Assembly (NCBI GenBank): GCA_033763455.1
Contig: JANRKO010000006.1
Location: forward strand, 192,001-256,000
From: Polyangiaceae bacterium
GTDB lineage: Bacteria > Myxococcota_A > Polyangia > Polyangiales > Polyangiaceae
Length of the DNA stretch: 64,000 nucleotides
Direction: 5' to 3'
The position numbers were made by a program, and so were the translations under genes. Positions within the stretch are counted from its first letter, which is position 1. Each line of letters opens with the position of its first letter. Positions 40,388 through 50,534 of this stretch are shown here, one piece after another. The notes beneath the pieces were generated by a model. It saw nothing but the letters and a program-made list of their open reading frames with translations, was not told where the DNA came from and searched no databases.

Positions 40388-41953
40388 AGCAACGTCTCCC
40401 GCCCCCACGTTTTGTCGCACGAAGAAACGTTCGACCCGAATCCCTAGGCGCCGCAACTCACGTTCCCCGCGTTCCTGAGCAAGCTGCGCACGAAGCTTCA
40501 CCGCATCGTTAGCTACGTCGCTCATTACGCTTGCACTTTCGGTCACGCTTTCGGCGGTACGCATGGAAACCCACCGGATCGCCGTCCGCGCGCTTTTGTG
40601 CTTTGCGAGCGCCTGGGCCATGTTTGGGCGAGTCAAAGGATCCGGGGGTTCGGACCAAACGTAGATGAGGCTAGCGCGTGGGCCTTCGGTGCGCGCGCGT
40701 CGGAGCGCTTCAAGCAGTTGAATGTCCGTCAGCGTGCGTTCAGGTTCAAGTCGGGCGGGTGAGCCAATCCCAAAGAGACTCAAATACCGCCGCAGGCTCT
40801 TGTCTCGGGGAGTGCGAGAGAATGGATCTGCCCGCTTGAAGGGGGCGCGCGCTCTTAGTCGATCGGCACGGCGAGCGATGCGTTCGACATCTCGGGAGCG
40901 CAGCTGGTGGGTGCCAACAGGATCTAGCGGGCGCATGTGTTCGAGGGCACGTGCCGCGGCGTCCCCCTCGTCCCAATCACTGCGGTCTGCATCGATGGTT
41001 GCCGTTTGAAGCGCAAGAGCGGTCTGGATCCTGTTGAGCTGAGCCGGGCCGCGTTGAGGCGAAATCCAAGCAAGGTTGCGTGCGGCGAGAATGCCGAGCC
41101 CCACTTGATCTCCCCGGCGCGTGAAGTAATGCGCCACTCGTGCCACCTCGTCGATGGCCCGATCAAGCGGGGCTTGCCCTGGCGTACCAGCCCAAAGCTC
41201 CACCGATGCATCCAGAAGCAGCCAAACAACGTCGCGCTCCTCACGCTCAAAATCCCGAACCATGAGCTTTCCGCGTCGGGCAGTAGCCTTCCAAGCGATG
41301 CGCTTAAAAGGGTCCCCAGGGCGGAGCTCGCGGAGCTCTCGAAGATCAGTGCCATCACCGGAAAGCGGCCCAGCCAAACCATCGCGAGCAACGCGGCGAC
41401 TTCTACCTCCGCGAGCGGAACGCTGCGTGGAGCCAAATGATTGAGGCATTACTTCGATCCCGAAGGGGTTGGCAAAGGTGAGCGGTACTTCAAAAAGGCC
41501 AGGGCTGCCCTGCACTTCGAGCGATAGCCCGTGAATGCCATGGCGACCGACACGGGGCGTTTGCACCCGGACAGTCACATTCAAGCGACCAAGCGCCGGC
41601 ACCTCACCCGAGGGCGGATCGAGCGTGACGATCAGATTGGGGGAAGCCACAGCTCGCAGCTCAACGTAGCGTGCTGCCCGGGTATCGCGATTGCGGATCT
41701 CAGCTTCCAGTTCGACCACGTCACCGCGCGCAGCCGTCACTTCGCGTTCATCCCCCCGCCACAACATCTCAAAACCGGCCGCCCGGATGCGGGCGATGCC
41801 AACTCGTGTCACAGCGCGTGCAATAGCGAGGCCGGCCAACAGCGAGCCCCCGAAAGCCACCACAGGCCCAAGCTGCAGGAGCAGGCCCACCAAAATCGTC
41901 CCGATCGCGGCCACGGCAAGATCCACGCTGGCCCGGGTCGGATGAACTTGCAC
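40373..41953 (-). CDS. DUF58-domain membrane protein (MoxR partner)
   Basis: N-terminal TM segments; DLRELRELRPGDPFKRIAWKATARRGKLMVRDFERE; LLLDAS. Confidence 0.9.
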   Translation of the reverse strand: MQVHPTRASVDLAVAAIGTILVGLLLQLGPVVAFGGSLLAGLAIARAVTRVGIARIRAAGFEMLWRGDEREVTAARGDVVELEAEIRNRDTRAARYVELRAVASPNLIVTLDPPSGEVPALGRLNVTVRVQTPRVGRHGIHGLSLEVQGSPGLFEVPLTFANPFGIEVMPQSFGSTQRSARGGRSRRVARDGLAGPLSGDGTDLRELRELRPGDPFKRIAWKATARRGKLMVRDFEREERDVVWLLLDASVELWAGTPGQAPLDRAIDEVARVAHYFTRRGDQVGLGILAARNLAWISPQRGPAQLNRIQTALALQTATIDADRSDWDEGDAAARALEHMRPLDPVGTHQLRSRDVERIARRADRLRARAPFKRADPFSRTPRDKSLRRYLSLFGIGSPARLEPERTLTDIQLLEALRRARTEGPRASLIYVWSEPPDPLTRPNMAQALAKHKSARTAIRWVSMRTAESVTESASVMSDVANDAVKLRAQLAQERGERELRRLGIRVERFFVRQNVGAGDVASTLP

Positions 41954-42032
41954 GGCCCGATATTACACGCCAACAAGGGAAGATGCTCAAGCCTTTCTCA
42001 AGGCCTTTGGGTCACGCTTTCTGTAAAGTGGG

Positions 42033-43076
42033 GTGGCAACAATGCTTTGGTTGGTGGGTGCACTCCTCGTCTTCTGCCTAGCGGCAACGGCCCACGTCCT
42101 TTTCTGGGGAACCCACTACCGGTTGGCTCTGCCGTACGCGTTGGTCGAAGAAATTCCAACGCCGGATGGCTCCGCTATCGAGCTCAGGCGTGTCACGCCT
42201 TCTGAGGTGCTGCAGGGCGCACAGGTGCCCGTACTTCTGGTGCACGGAATTGCTGCTAACCATCGCAACTTGGATCTGGATGAAGAGCATTCCTTAGCCC
42301 GCTATCTTGCGGCGCGCGGGCTCGACGTTTGGTTGGTGACGCTGCGTTGTGGCCTCCCCAGAACACCTCGCTCTCTTGTACGGCTGGATGCCCTTCGTGA
42401 CATAGATGTTCCCTTAGCGATTGCGGAGGTCCTTCGGCGCACTCGTGCGGAGAGCCTCGATGTGGTGGGTTTTTCTTTGGGCGGGTTGCTGGCATCTTCC
42501 GCGCTTCTGCGCCGGGTTCCCGAGGGTGCGGTGCGGCGTCTGGTGAGCCTCTCGGCTCCCACCCTAGTGGCCGAAAATACTTCGTTTTGGTTATTTGCGC
42601 GACTCCTGGCGAGTGTTGCAGGCACCCTCCCGCTGAGAACACTAGGCCTCCTTGCTTTGCCTTGGGTACACTGGGTGTGGACCCCGGTTCATCGGCTATT
42701 ATATAACGCCAACAATATGGACAGCCGAGCCGTGAACCTAGCATTGGCGAATGTGGTGCAGAATGTTGCAACACGGCTAATTCGTGACCTTATCGAAGCG
42801 CGCCAAGCGGGAGTGTCCGAGGAAGACTGGTCGCGCATTCGTGCCCTGAATGTACCTGTTCTGTTCATTACTGGCTCGCGCGATCCCTTCACGGATAGCG
42901 TAGGCACCGCGGCGCTTTGCCGGGCTTGGGGGGCTGACACGGGCTGCGTGAAGAGCTCGTTATGCGTGGGGCACGGCTCCTTTGGCGGATCGGATTTCGG
43001 GCACGTCGATCTAGCGTTGGGTGGGAACGCAGCGCGCCAGGTATTTGAGGCCATTTTTCAGTTCTTGCGCTCATGA
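42033..43076 (+). CDS. Alpha/beta hydrolase with N-terminal membrane anchor
   Basis: PVLLVHGIAAN, GFSLGG nucleophile elbow, GSRDPF, FGHVDL. Confidence 0.85.
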   Translation: MATMLWLVGALLVFCLAATAHVLFWGTHYRLALPYALVEEIPTPDGSAIELRRVTPSEVLQGAQVPVLLVHGIAANHRNLDLDEEHSLARYLAARGLDVWLVTLRCGLPRTPRSLVRLDALRDIDVPLAIAEVLRRTRAESLDVVGFSLGGLLASSALLRRVPEGAVRRLVSLSAPTLVAENTSFWLFARLLASVAGTLPLRTLGLLALPWVHWVWTPVHRLLYNANNMDSRAVNLALANVVQNVATRLIRDLIEARQAGVSEEDWSRIRALNVPVLFITGSRDPFTDSVGTAALCRAWGADTGCVKSSLCVGHGSFGGSDFGHVDLALGGNAARQVFEAIFQFLRS

Positions 43077-44977
43077 GAAATTGGGCGCGTTGGCAGAGGG
43101 TACTTGCCGTGGCGGTGGCTTTCGCCATTAGCTTTGCCGCGTCGGCGGTGCAGGCCGCGGAGGTTGCTCCCCCCGAGTACACAGACCTTGAGAAGCGCAC
43201 GCTTGCGAATGTGCTTCACACGCTCAAGAGGAAAGTAGAGCCTGCTCCCGAAGGCAAACGCGTCCGAAAGATCCACGTCGTTGTTCAAGAAGTCTTCGAC
43301 GAATCGGATCCGATTCCAGATTTCGTTAACGTATTTCACGCCACCTCTCGCCCCTACGTGATCGCGCGTGAACTGCTTTTTCAGGAGGGGGACCCATTCG
43401 CTCGGGACAAAGTCGAAGAGTCTGCGCGAAACCTGAGAGCGGTTCGGCAGCTATCCCTAGTGTTGGTGGTGCCGCTTGAGGCACCGGCCGGCACGGTAGA
43501 TGTCTTAGTGATCGTGCGTGACGTCTGGAGCCTGCGAATGAACTCGGATTTTCAACTTGAGGGAACGCGCCTCAGGGATGCCCGGGGCACCGAAGGCGGT
43601 TTGGGCGGTTTGGCTCGGGACACCATCGAGGCGCTTACGCCCCTTCCTTTTTGGGGGTTTCGGCTCGAGGGTACACGCGTTAACTATCTGTTTTTAAACC
43701 CGAGTGAAGAGAACCTGTTTGGAACCCATACGAACGTGGGTGGGCTTTTCGTCCTAACCCCCACCAGTTATTCGACGGGTGCACTTGTCGGAAATCCTCG
43801 GCTACTCGGCACACGCGTCTTGGGTTCCCTGAACGCCAACCTTATTTTCAACCGCCAGACGGGCCAGAGAGAGGGCTCTTTTGGCGGCATCTTCGCTGGC
43901 CAACCTCTCTACTCAACCGAAACACGTTGGGCTTGGGCTGCGGGGCTGCAGTGGCGAAAGGACGTGTTTCGAGGTGTCGAGGGCGGAAAGCTTGCGTTGG
44001 TGGATTTCCCGGACACGGAAGCGGTGGAGCAGGTCCCCTGGCAATACCGTACGTTCTCGTTAGCGAGCGGCTCCGAAGTGGTGCGCTCTTACGGGAGGGC
44101 AGTAAAGCTAGACGTGTCATTTGGCGCTGAAGCAAACTCCACGCGCTATCAGCCCTTCGGGCTCGGAGCCGTTGAGCCTGAGCCTGCCGCCAAGTTTGTA
44201 GAGCGAGTGATCCCGGTGGGGACGTCGCGAGTCAGTCCTATTTTTCAACTGCGCAGCTACCTCTCGGAGTTTACCCCCAGGATTGAAATCAACTCGCTTG
44301 GGCTACAGGAAGATTACCGGTTGGGGCCCGAAGCTCTAGTGCGTGTTTTTCCGGCGACCGAAGCACTCGGTTCGAGTAGGGATTTGTTGGGGGTTTTCGG
44401 TGGGGTTGCCTACACGGCTCCGCTTGGTGATGGCCTGGCGCGTGCTGTTGCCACCACTCGACTAGAACTGGCTACACGTGCGCGCAACGACGTAGCTTAT
44501 GAACTTGCGACGTACGCGGCGAGCCCGCATGTACCGTTCGGTCGACTCCATCATTCCGGCTTTCTCTTGGTGCGACCCCAAAATTACTCCAATCGTGGCG
44601 TCGTACTCGGTGGCGACAATAGGCTTAGGGGCTTCCCGTCGGGTGCGTTTGTCGGCTCAGGCGCCGCTGTCAGTAACCTAGAGTTTCGAACACGCTCTGT
44701 GGACGTCCTCTCGGCCCAAGTGGGGGCAGCAACCTATTACGACGTGGGGGCGGTATTCGGTGGGGTCCAAGCCATTCGGCACGGCTCAAGCCTGGGCGTG
44801 GGCGCTCGGGTGCTATTTCCTCAGGTTGATCGCTTGGTCCTGCGCTTCGACTGGGCCATCCCCCTCGGTGACCCTCGGTATCCGCCGACGTTACCAGGAG
44901 CGCTGTTTATTTCTTTTGGCCAAGCTTTTGCTGTCCCAGGGTTGTCTTCGCCGAGCCTCGTGGGCGGCTTTTTTTGA
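43073..44977 (+). CDS. Omp85 (BamA/TamA-like) outer-membrane protein
   Basis: Signal peptide; POTRA-like segment (VIARELLFQEGDPF...ESARNLR); LGGDNRLRGF; NLEFR; YYDVG; LRFDWAIPL. Confidence 0.85.
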   Translation: MRNWARWQRVLAVAVAFAISFAASAVQAAEVAPPEYTDLEKRTLANVLHTLKRKVEPAPEGKRVRKIHVVVQEVFDESDPIPDFVNVFHATSRPYVIARELLFQEGDPFARDKVEESARNLRAVRQLSLVLVVPLEAPAGTVDVLVIVRDVWSLRMNSDFQLEGTRLRDARGTEGGLGGLARDTIEALTPLPFWGFRLEGTRVNYLFLNPSEENLFGTHTNVGGLFVLTPTSYSTGALVGNPRLLGTRVLGSLNANLIFNRQTGQREGSFGGIFAGQPLYSTETRWAWAAGLQWRKDVFRGVEGGKLALVDFPDTEAVEQVPWQYRTFSLASGSEVVRSYGRAVKLDVSFGAEANSTRYQPFGLGAVEPEPAAKFVERVIPVGTSRVSPIFQLRSYLSEFTPRIEINSLGLQEDYRLGPEALVRVFPATEALGSSRDLLGVFGGVAYTAPLGDGLARAVATTRLELATRARNDVAYELATYAASPHVPFGRLHHSGFLLVRPQNYSNRGVVLGGDNRLRGFPSGAFVGSGAAVSNLEFRTRSVDVLSAQVGAATYYDVGAVFGGVQAIRHGSSLGVGARVLFPQVDRLVLRFDWAIPLGDPRYPPTLPGALFISFGQAFAVPGLSSPSLVGGFF

Positions 44978-45116
44978 GGGTTCAAACCCCCATATTGGCG
45001 CCTCCGAGACCAATCGGCTGGAGTTTGTCTGGTTTTTCTGGATGATCAGTACAGTTTTCGGCTAGTTTGCCGCTCAATCGTACGGAGAGGTACTGCTTCG
45101 GAAAGGGCTCTCGAAC

Positions 45117-46067
45117 ATGGCTGATGTACTCACAGATGTGCTTGAAACGGTGCGTGTGCGGGCGGCATGTCATGGCCGCTTTGAGCTCTCGGCACCTTGG
45201 GGTGTGGAGCTCGGCGAGGCAGAAGGGGCGCAGTTCCACGTCGTCTTGGATGGTAGCTGTCATTTGACGGTGACTTCTACCGGCGAAGAGCTAACGCTTT
45301 CCCCGGGGGACCTAGTTACATTGCCGCACGGGCACGCGCACATCCTGCGGGATGATGTGAACACGGAGGCTCGCCCGTTCAGAGCCATAAAAGAAGATTG
45401 CCGCGGCTCCGGTCAGACGTACAGGGCGGCGGGTGAGGGCGCACGCACGACGCTGCTCTCTGGCTACATTCAGTTCGAAGAACGTCGACACAACCCACTC
45501 TTGCTCGCCTTGCCGCCTGTCGTGACGCTGCGTGGTGGAAGCAACCGCACGGTAGCTTGGCTTGAGACAACCTTGCAGTTTATGGGGTGCGAAGCGGCTT
45601 CTGGGCGGCCGGGCTCAGCTACAGTAATCAGCAGGCTTGCCGATGTTTTGTTCATCCAGATCGTACGCGGCTACTTGGCAGACCTTTCGCCCAGCCAAAC
45701 GGGTTGGTTGGCTGCTTTGAACGACGCGCAGATTGGAGCCGCGTTGCAGCTGGTGCACGCGGAGCCCCAAGAAGCTTGGACGGTAGCCAGCCTCGCAGCG
45801 AAGGTGGCCATGTCGCGCTCGGCGTTCGCTGCCAGGTTTGTACAACTGGTAGGCGAGCCCCCGCTTCAGTACGTTACGCGTTGGCGCATGCAGAAAGCCA
45901 CCGGTTTTTTGCGCGCGGGCCAAGCCACCTTGGCTGAGGTAGCTGAAAAGGTCGGCTACGACAGCGAAGCGGCCTTCAGCAAGGCTTTCAAACGTGCGGT
46001 GGGTAGCACTCCGGGCGCCTATCGGCGGAGTTTTCGTGAACCAATTGAGACGATCCGCGCGGCTTAG
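45117..46067 (+). CDS. AraC-family regulator with Cupin_6 domain (RclR-like)
   Basis: DVLTDVL, APWG, FHVVLDG, LPHGHAH, WTVASLA.KVAMSRSAFAARF, VGYDSEAAFSKAFKR. Confidence 0.93.
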   Translation: MADVLTDVLETVRVRAACHGRFELSAPWGVELGEAEGAQFHVVLDGSCHLTVTSTGEELTLSPGDLVTLPHGHAHILRDDVNTEARPFRAIKEDCRGSGQTYRAAGEGARTTLLSGYIQFEERRHNPLLLALPPVVTLRGGSNRTVAWLETTLQFMGCEAASGRPGSATVISRLADVLFIQIVRGYLADLSPSQTGWLAALNDAQIGAALQLVHAEPQEAWTVASLAAKVAMSRSAFAARFVQLVGEPPLQYVTRWRMQKATGFLRAGQATLAEVAEKVGYDSEAAFSKAFKRAVGSTPGAYRRSFREPIETIRAA

Positions 46068-46076
46068 CCGCTTACA

Positions 46077-47069
46077 TCATAGGGGCCGGACATTGCGTCG
46101 ATAGCTGACTTTCGACAGTGCTTCTTCAATGATTGCGGTGCGCGCTCGAACATCGCCCTCCAGCTCCGGCACAAGGATGAGACGATGCGCGAGGGCGGCC
46201 GAAGCGACGTCCTGAACGTCGTCGGGCGTCAGGAACGGGCGCCCCTTGAGGATGGCAATCGCCTTGGCGGCGCGCAGCAAGCTGAGGGAGGCACGGGGTG
46301 AGGCCCCGAGTACCACCTTGGGGTGGCTGCGGGTAAAGCCGGCCAGAAGTACTACGTATTCGTAGAGATCTTCCTCGACGTGCACTCGCGAAGCGATAGC
46401 TTGTAGGCGCAACGCGTCGGCGGCGGTTAGAATAGGCTCGGCCTCTGGGGCTGCCACTCCGTGTGACCTCAACATCGCGACTTCTTCGCGGACCGACGGA
46501 TAACCCATGCGAATGCGCAGAAGGAAGCGGTCGATCTGGGCCTCTGGAAGCGCGTAGGTCCCTTCTAGGTCGATGGGGTTCTGGGTGGCCAATACGAAAA
46601 AAGGGTCGGGCAGAACAAAGCGGTCACCTTCGATGGTAACCTGATGTTCTTGCATCGCCTCCAAAAGCGCGGATTGAGTCTTCGCGGGGGCGCGATTGAT
46701 TTCATCCGCCAGAAGAATATTCGTAAAGATGGGTCCGCCGCGCAGCGCGAACGTCCCGTCGCGCGGATTGAGCACGTAGGTTCCAGTGATGTCGGCCGGC
46801 AAGAGATCGGGTGTGAACTGCACCCGCCGGACGGTCATGCCCAAGGCGGCGGCGAACGTCTTTACGAGGGTCGTCTTCGCGACGCCGGGCACGCCCTCGA
46901 GGAGCACGTGTCCTCGCGCGAGGAGCCCCACCAGTAGCATATCCACCGCGCTCGGATTGCCCACGTAAACGCGGGTTACCTGAGCTCGCACGTGATCTAG
47001 GCGTTCGCGCGCCGCTTCGATTTCATTTACTTGTAGCGCTTGACTCAACGTACGCTCCCTTATTTCCAC
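46077..47069 (-). CDS. MoxR-family AAA+ ATPase
   Basis: HVLLEGVPGVAKT, RVQFTPDLLPADITG, ADEINRAPAKTQSALLEAMQE, ATQNPIDLEGTYALPEAQIDRF, GASPRA. Start inferred at GTG 47069. Confidence 0.95.
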   Translation of the reverse strand: MEIRERTLSQALQVNEIEAARERLDHVRAQVTRVYVGNPSAVDMLLVGLLARGHVLLEGVPGVAKTTLVKTFAAALGMTVRRVQFTPDLLPADITGTYVLNPRDGTFALRGGPIFTNILLADEINRAPAKTQSALLEAMQEHQVTIEGDRFVLPDPFFVLATQNPIDLEGTYALPEAQIDRFLLRIRMGYPSVREEVAMLRSHGVAAPEAEPILTAADALRLQAIASRVHVEEDLYEYVVLLAGFTRSHPKVVLGASPRASLSLLRAAKAIAILKGRPFLTPDDVQDVASAALAHRLILVPELEGDVRARTAIIEEALSKVSYRRNVRPL

Positions 47070-47070
47070 C

Positions 47071-48447
47071 TTACAACGCTTTGAGCAGCTTGAGGGCACG
47101 CTTGCGAAGCTGGTCCACCTGCCGATCCCGAACTTGGTGCGGCTTCTTGCTCGCGAGGCCATTTTCGGCCGCTTCTAGCTCCCCAATCAGGTCCTTGAGC
47201 TCGGCTAACGCAGCTCGGTCGAGCACCCCTTGTTTTTCTGCTTCATGAAGTATTTGGTTAGGGGCGGCGTGGTGATCTAGGTGGAGCCTTTCTACAAAGC
47301 CCTCGGTGACGGCGCCCTTTAACTCCACGAGCGTAAGGGCTCTGTGTGTTGAGCGAGCACCCAACACTGCCGCGCGTCCCGCGGCTCCCCCCTGACCAAC
47401 CAGCGGAGCCGGTAAGGCATAGCGCGGGGTCAATCTTCGGTAGGGTTTGGTGGCGCGTAAGAGGGCCCACGCAAGTGCCCCGAGAGCGCAGGCTGCGGAG
47501 AGGATGTACGCAACCACGTCGGGCAAACCTTGCTCTCGCGTTCTCGTGAGCTCCCCCAGGAGGCTGCTCATACTTTCGCGCACTCGTTCCAAGAGCGTCG
47601 GTGATTGTCCAAAGCTCCCCGTTTGCTCAAACTTATTGGCCAGCAGGTAAAGATTCCCACCGCGTTCGCCCCAGCTATCGGGCCCCACGAGGTACTGCAC
47701 CAGGCCTTTGGCGAATTGTCGATTCCCGGGGTATCGCAACATGAGATTGATGAAAGCTGATGGATCGCCCATCGCGAGGAGGCGGCCTTGGTCTCCGATC
47801 ACTCCCGTTACAGCAAGGGCGGCCTCCTCGCCTGCTTTGGTGCGAATGGAGAGGATTGGGGTGAGGTGCTCGTGCAGAAAAACGCTAGGATGATTGGTAA
47901 CCAGGCGGTCCACGTTGTTGGCCGTCGGATGTCGTCCCACGTGGTTCTTGCTGCTCTGAAATGCCGGCACAGCGATGGCTAGCTCGGGATTATTTCGGAG
48001 CATTTCCACTGGATCCGAGGGGGCGTTGATGCGGGTGATCTGAAAACGCTTGAGGAGGCGGGCCCCGCTGCCGAAATCGTCCAGGATGGCTACACGGCCC
48101 CCGGCGCTCATGAATCGACTGAGTTGCTCGTAGCTGAGATCGGTGTTCGGGTGCAGTAGAAGGAGCCCGTCGGCCGGCTGCAGAGCACCGAAGTCGAGGG
48201 TGGCGAGGATCCGAACCCTTTTCGTTCCGAGCGCCTTGCGCGCCTCGGCGAGAAACTCGCTTGTTCCTTGCCAACCGGCCTCATTGAAGTCGAAGTCAGC
48301 ATGGGCCACCGATGAGAAACCGAGGCCTAGGGCCACCACGACCCAAGACGTCCAGAACTTTCGGGCGCCCTTCACGAACCCCAACTTACCACCAAAGCGT
48401 CCGAGACCGAATGCGCGCTGTGGTCTATCGGGACCCATATGAGCCAA
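47071..48447 (-). CDS. DUF4350-like membrane/secreted protein of the MoxR locus
   Basis: Signal-like segment; FMSAGGRVAILDDFG; GRLLAMGDPSAFINLML; C-terminal TM; directly upstream of moxR. Confidence 0.75.
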   Translation of the reverse strand: MAHMGPDRPQRAFGLGRFGGKLGFVKGARKFWTSWVVVALGLGFSSVAHADFDFNEAGWQGTSEFLAEARKALGTKRVRILATLDFGALQPADGLLLLHPNTDLSYEQLSRFMSAGGRVAILDDFGSGARLLKRFQITRINAPSDPVEMLRNNPELAIAVPAFQSSKNHVGRHPTANNVDRLVTNHPSVFLHEHLTPILSIRTKAGEEAALAVTGVIGDQGRLLAMGDPSAFINLMLRYPGNRQFAKGLVQYLVGPDSWGERGGNLYLLANKFEQTGSFGQSPTLLERVRESMSSLLGELTRTREQGLPDVVAYILSAACALGALAWALLRATKPYRRLTPRYALPAPLVGQGGAAGRAAVLGARSTHRALTLVELKGAVTEGFVERLHLDHHAAPNQILHEAEKQGVLDRAALAELKDLIGELEAAENGLASKKPHQVRDRQVDQLRKRALKLLKAL

Positions 48448-48646
48448 TGGGGCTCAATCTGGCATCGAATTCCCCTGGGCCACAACGCTCAAACGGGGGT
48501 GCCGAGCGCACAGTACCCTACGCTATCGGCCTCCAATGGCTGATTAGGCTAAAGGAACGGCGCAAGTGACCGAACTTGACCAATAGGAACGCGCGACTAG
48601 ATTAAAGAAATAGGTCGGCACAGTTGCCCAGATTGAGAGGCCACGA

Positions 48647-48826
48647 ATGCTACCCCCGTTCATCATCGAGCAGATCCGTCGCAGAGAAGAAGAAGATCGC
48701 CGCAGCCGTCGGGCGGAGCAGCCCCGTTTGGAGTTGCCCATCGATAGTTTTCCTCAGCGCCCCGAAGCAGAACCCAAGCCTGCCAAGGACGACGTGGAGC
48801 GCGGCGTAGTGATTTTCGAAATCTAA
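48647..48826 (+). CDS. 59-aa small protein (not in ORF track)
   Basis: GAGAGG RBS at 48635-48640; MLPPFIIEQIRRREEEDRRSRRAEQPRLELPIDSFPQRPEAEPKPAKDDVERGVVIFEI-stop. Confidence 0.75.
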   Translation: MLPPFIIEQIRRREEEDRRSRRAEQPRLELPIDSFPQRPEAEPKPAKDDVERGVVIFEI

Positions 48827-48938
48827 GAAAGCCAGAAGGCGCGCTGCCCGAACCCAGTGGGAATTCGGTGAGCGCCCTTTTCGCTTCCGTCGACTATCGC
48901 GACGAGCAAATGGCAGCACACGTTGCAGCGCGTGGCTT

Positions 48939-50534
48939 GTGCAACTAGGCTCCGCCCCGCTGATGCACGTGCTCAAAAAAGTGATTTTTGCGGCCAGTTG
49001 CGTCGCTCTCAGTAGCTGCTCCGGAACTGGCGATGGTGTCGAACCGCCGCTCGAAGCGATCTACTTCCCAGTAGGTCTTTCGCTCGATCGAACGGGACAG
49101 CACCTCTTCGTTGCCAACAGTGACTTTGACCTCCAGTTCAACGGAGGGTCTCTGCAGTCGCTGGATACAAACCGCATCTTGGAATTTCTCCCAAAGTCAT
49201 GCCCGCTCGGGCAGTCCTGCGCCGATCGCTGTGGGGAGCTTGGTCAGGCCACTGCGGCCGATCAAATTTTGGTTCCAGGCCCATGTTCACCTGTGGATCT
49301 AGCCTCACCTCAAGACGGTGGTCGGCCCATTTTGACCGATGCGGTTAAGATCGGGGCCTTTGCGACAGATCTTGTTTCCCTAACGCGACCCGTAGCCGAG
49401 CCCGCGGGGCATCCGGGTCGCTTGTTCCTGCCGTTACGCGGAAGCGCCTCTATGATGTTCGTGGACACCGCCTCGGATGGCTCCCTCGAGTGTGGCGCGG
49501 ATGGTCGACGTCAGTGTGCCCCGAGGTACGTCGTGGACGCCGGTGTGGACGAGCTTGGCGCCGCCATTGAGCTTCCGCGAGAACCCGCTGGGCTTGCAGC
49601 CACTGAAGATGGAAAGGCCCTTTTGGGCATTCACCAGCTGAGCGATGGTCCACAGGTTTCGGTCTTTGAGCACGATTGGTCGGCAGGCTTGAGTTTGCGC
49701 TCGGTGCAGACTCTGGCGCCAACCATATTTGGTAGCGCGTTTCGTCCGGGAGCGATTGCTTCGGTACCGATCCCAAAGGCCTTTCAGTCCTCCGCTTCGC
49801 CAGCGTTTTTATTGACGGGTCGTACATCGCCCGAAGTGCGGCTGGTGAAGTTTCTGAATGCAGAAGCGGCGGCGCCGGAGGCCGCGCAGGCACGAGAGGT
49901 AGGCAGGGCGCCGGTCGACGCGAACTCCATTGGTAGCGATTCGCGAGGGATTGCGGTGGACGCGTCTGCGCGCCAAGCCGCGGAGGCAAGTTGTGCTGTT
50001 GCGGCGGGTGTCCCTCCTGAATGTCTCGCGAGCGGCGGGTGTGCGGAAGCGCAAACGCCAGCGTATTTTGCCTGCCTGAGTCAGGCGGCCTTGCTGCCAA
50101 CGGCCGTGTTCGTGGCCAATCGCACACCGGCAAGTTTACTGCTGGGGGAAGTCGCCCCGCCGGCAAACGGTTCACCGGGTTTGGAATTGCCCACCTTCAA
50201 GCAGACTATTCCTCTCACGTTTGGTCCTTCGCGCGTGGTGCTTGGAAAGATCTTGAACGAAGCAGGCGAACTTGAGTCGCGCGTGTTCGTGTTGTGTTTC
50301 GATTCGCGTTTGATATTCGTTTACGATCCGGTGCGGGGGCGCATCGAAACTGAGATTCGCACAGGGCGGGGCCCGCATTCGTTGGTCGTCGACGAGGAGC
50401 GAAACGTTGCGTACGTCGCTCATTTTACCGACTCGTACCTCGGCGTGATTGACCTCAACCGCGCCCACACCGGGGATTACGCCAAGATTGTTCTTTCCGT
50501 AGGTCGGCCCAGCGCACCTCGAGCCTCGAAATGA
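48939..50534 (+). CDS. Beta-propeller (YncE/YVTN-like) lipoprotein
   Basis: Lipobox LSSC; FPVGLSL...LFVANSDFDL; TGRGPHSLVVD...AYVAHFTDSYLGVIDL. Start probably ATG 48963. Confidence 0.75.
   Translation: MQLGSAPLMHVLKKVIFAASCVALSSCSGTGDGVEPPLEAIYFPVGLSLDRTGQHLFVANSDFDLQFNGGSLQSLDTNRILEFLPKSCPLGQSCADRCGELGQATAADQILVPGPCSPVDLASPQDGGRPILTDAVKIGAFATDLVSLTRPVAEPAGHPGRLFLPLRGSASMMFVDTASDGSLECGADGRRQCAPRYVVDAGVDELGAAIELPREPAGLAATEDGKALLGIHQLSDGPQVSVFEHDWSAGLSLRSVQTLAPTIFGSAFRPGAIASVPIPKAFQSSASPAFLLTGRTSPEVRLVKFLNAEAAAPEAAQAREVGRAPVDANSIGSDSRGIAVDASARQAAEASCAVAAGVPPECLASGGCAEAQTPAYFACLSQAALLPTAVFVANRTPASLLLGEVAPPANGSPGLELPTFKQTIPLTFGPSRVVLGKILNEAGELESRVFVLCFDSRLIFVYDPVRGRIETEIRTGRGPHSLVVDEERNVAYVAHFTDSYLGVIDLNRAHTGDYAKIVLSVGRPSAPRASK

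Noticed and set aside
48650..48976. 108-aa minus-strand ORF
   Set aside because: The plus-strand 59-aa ORF with a clear RBS explains the region better.
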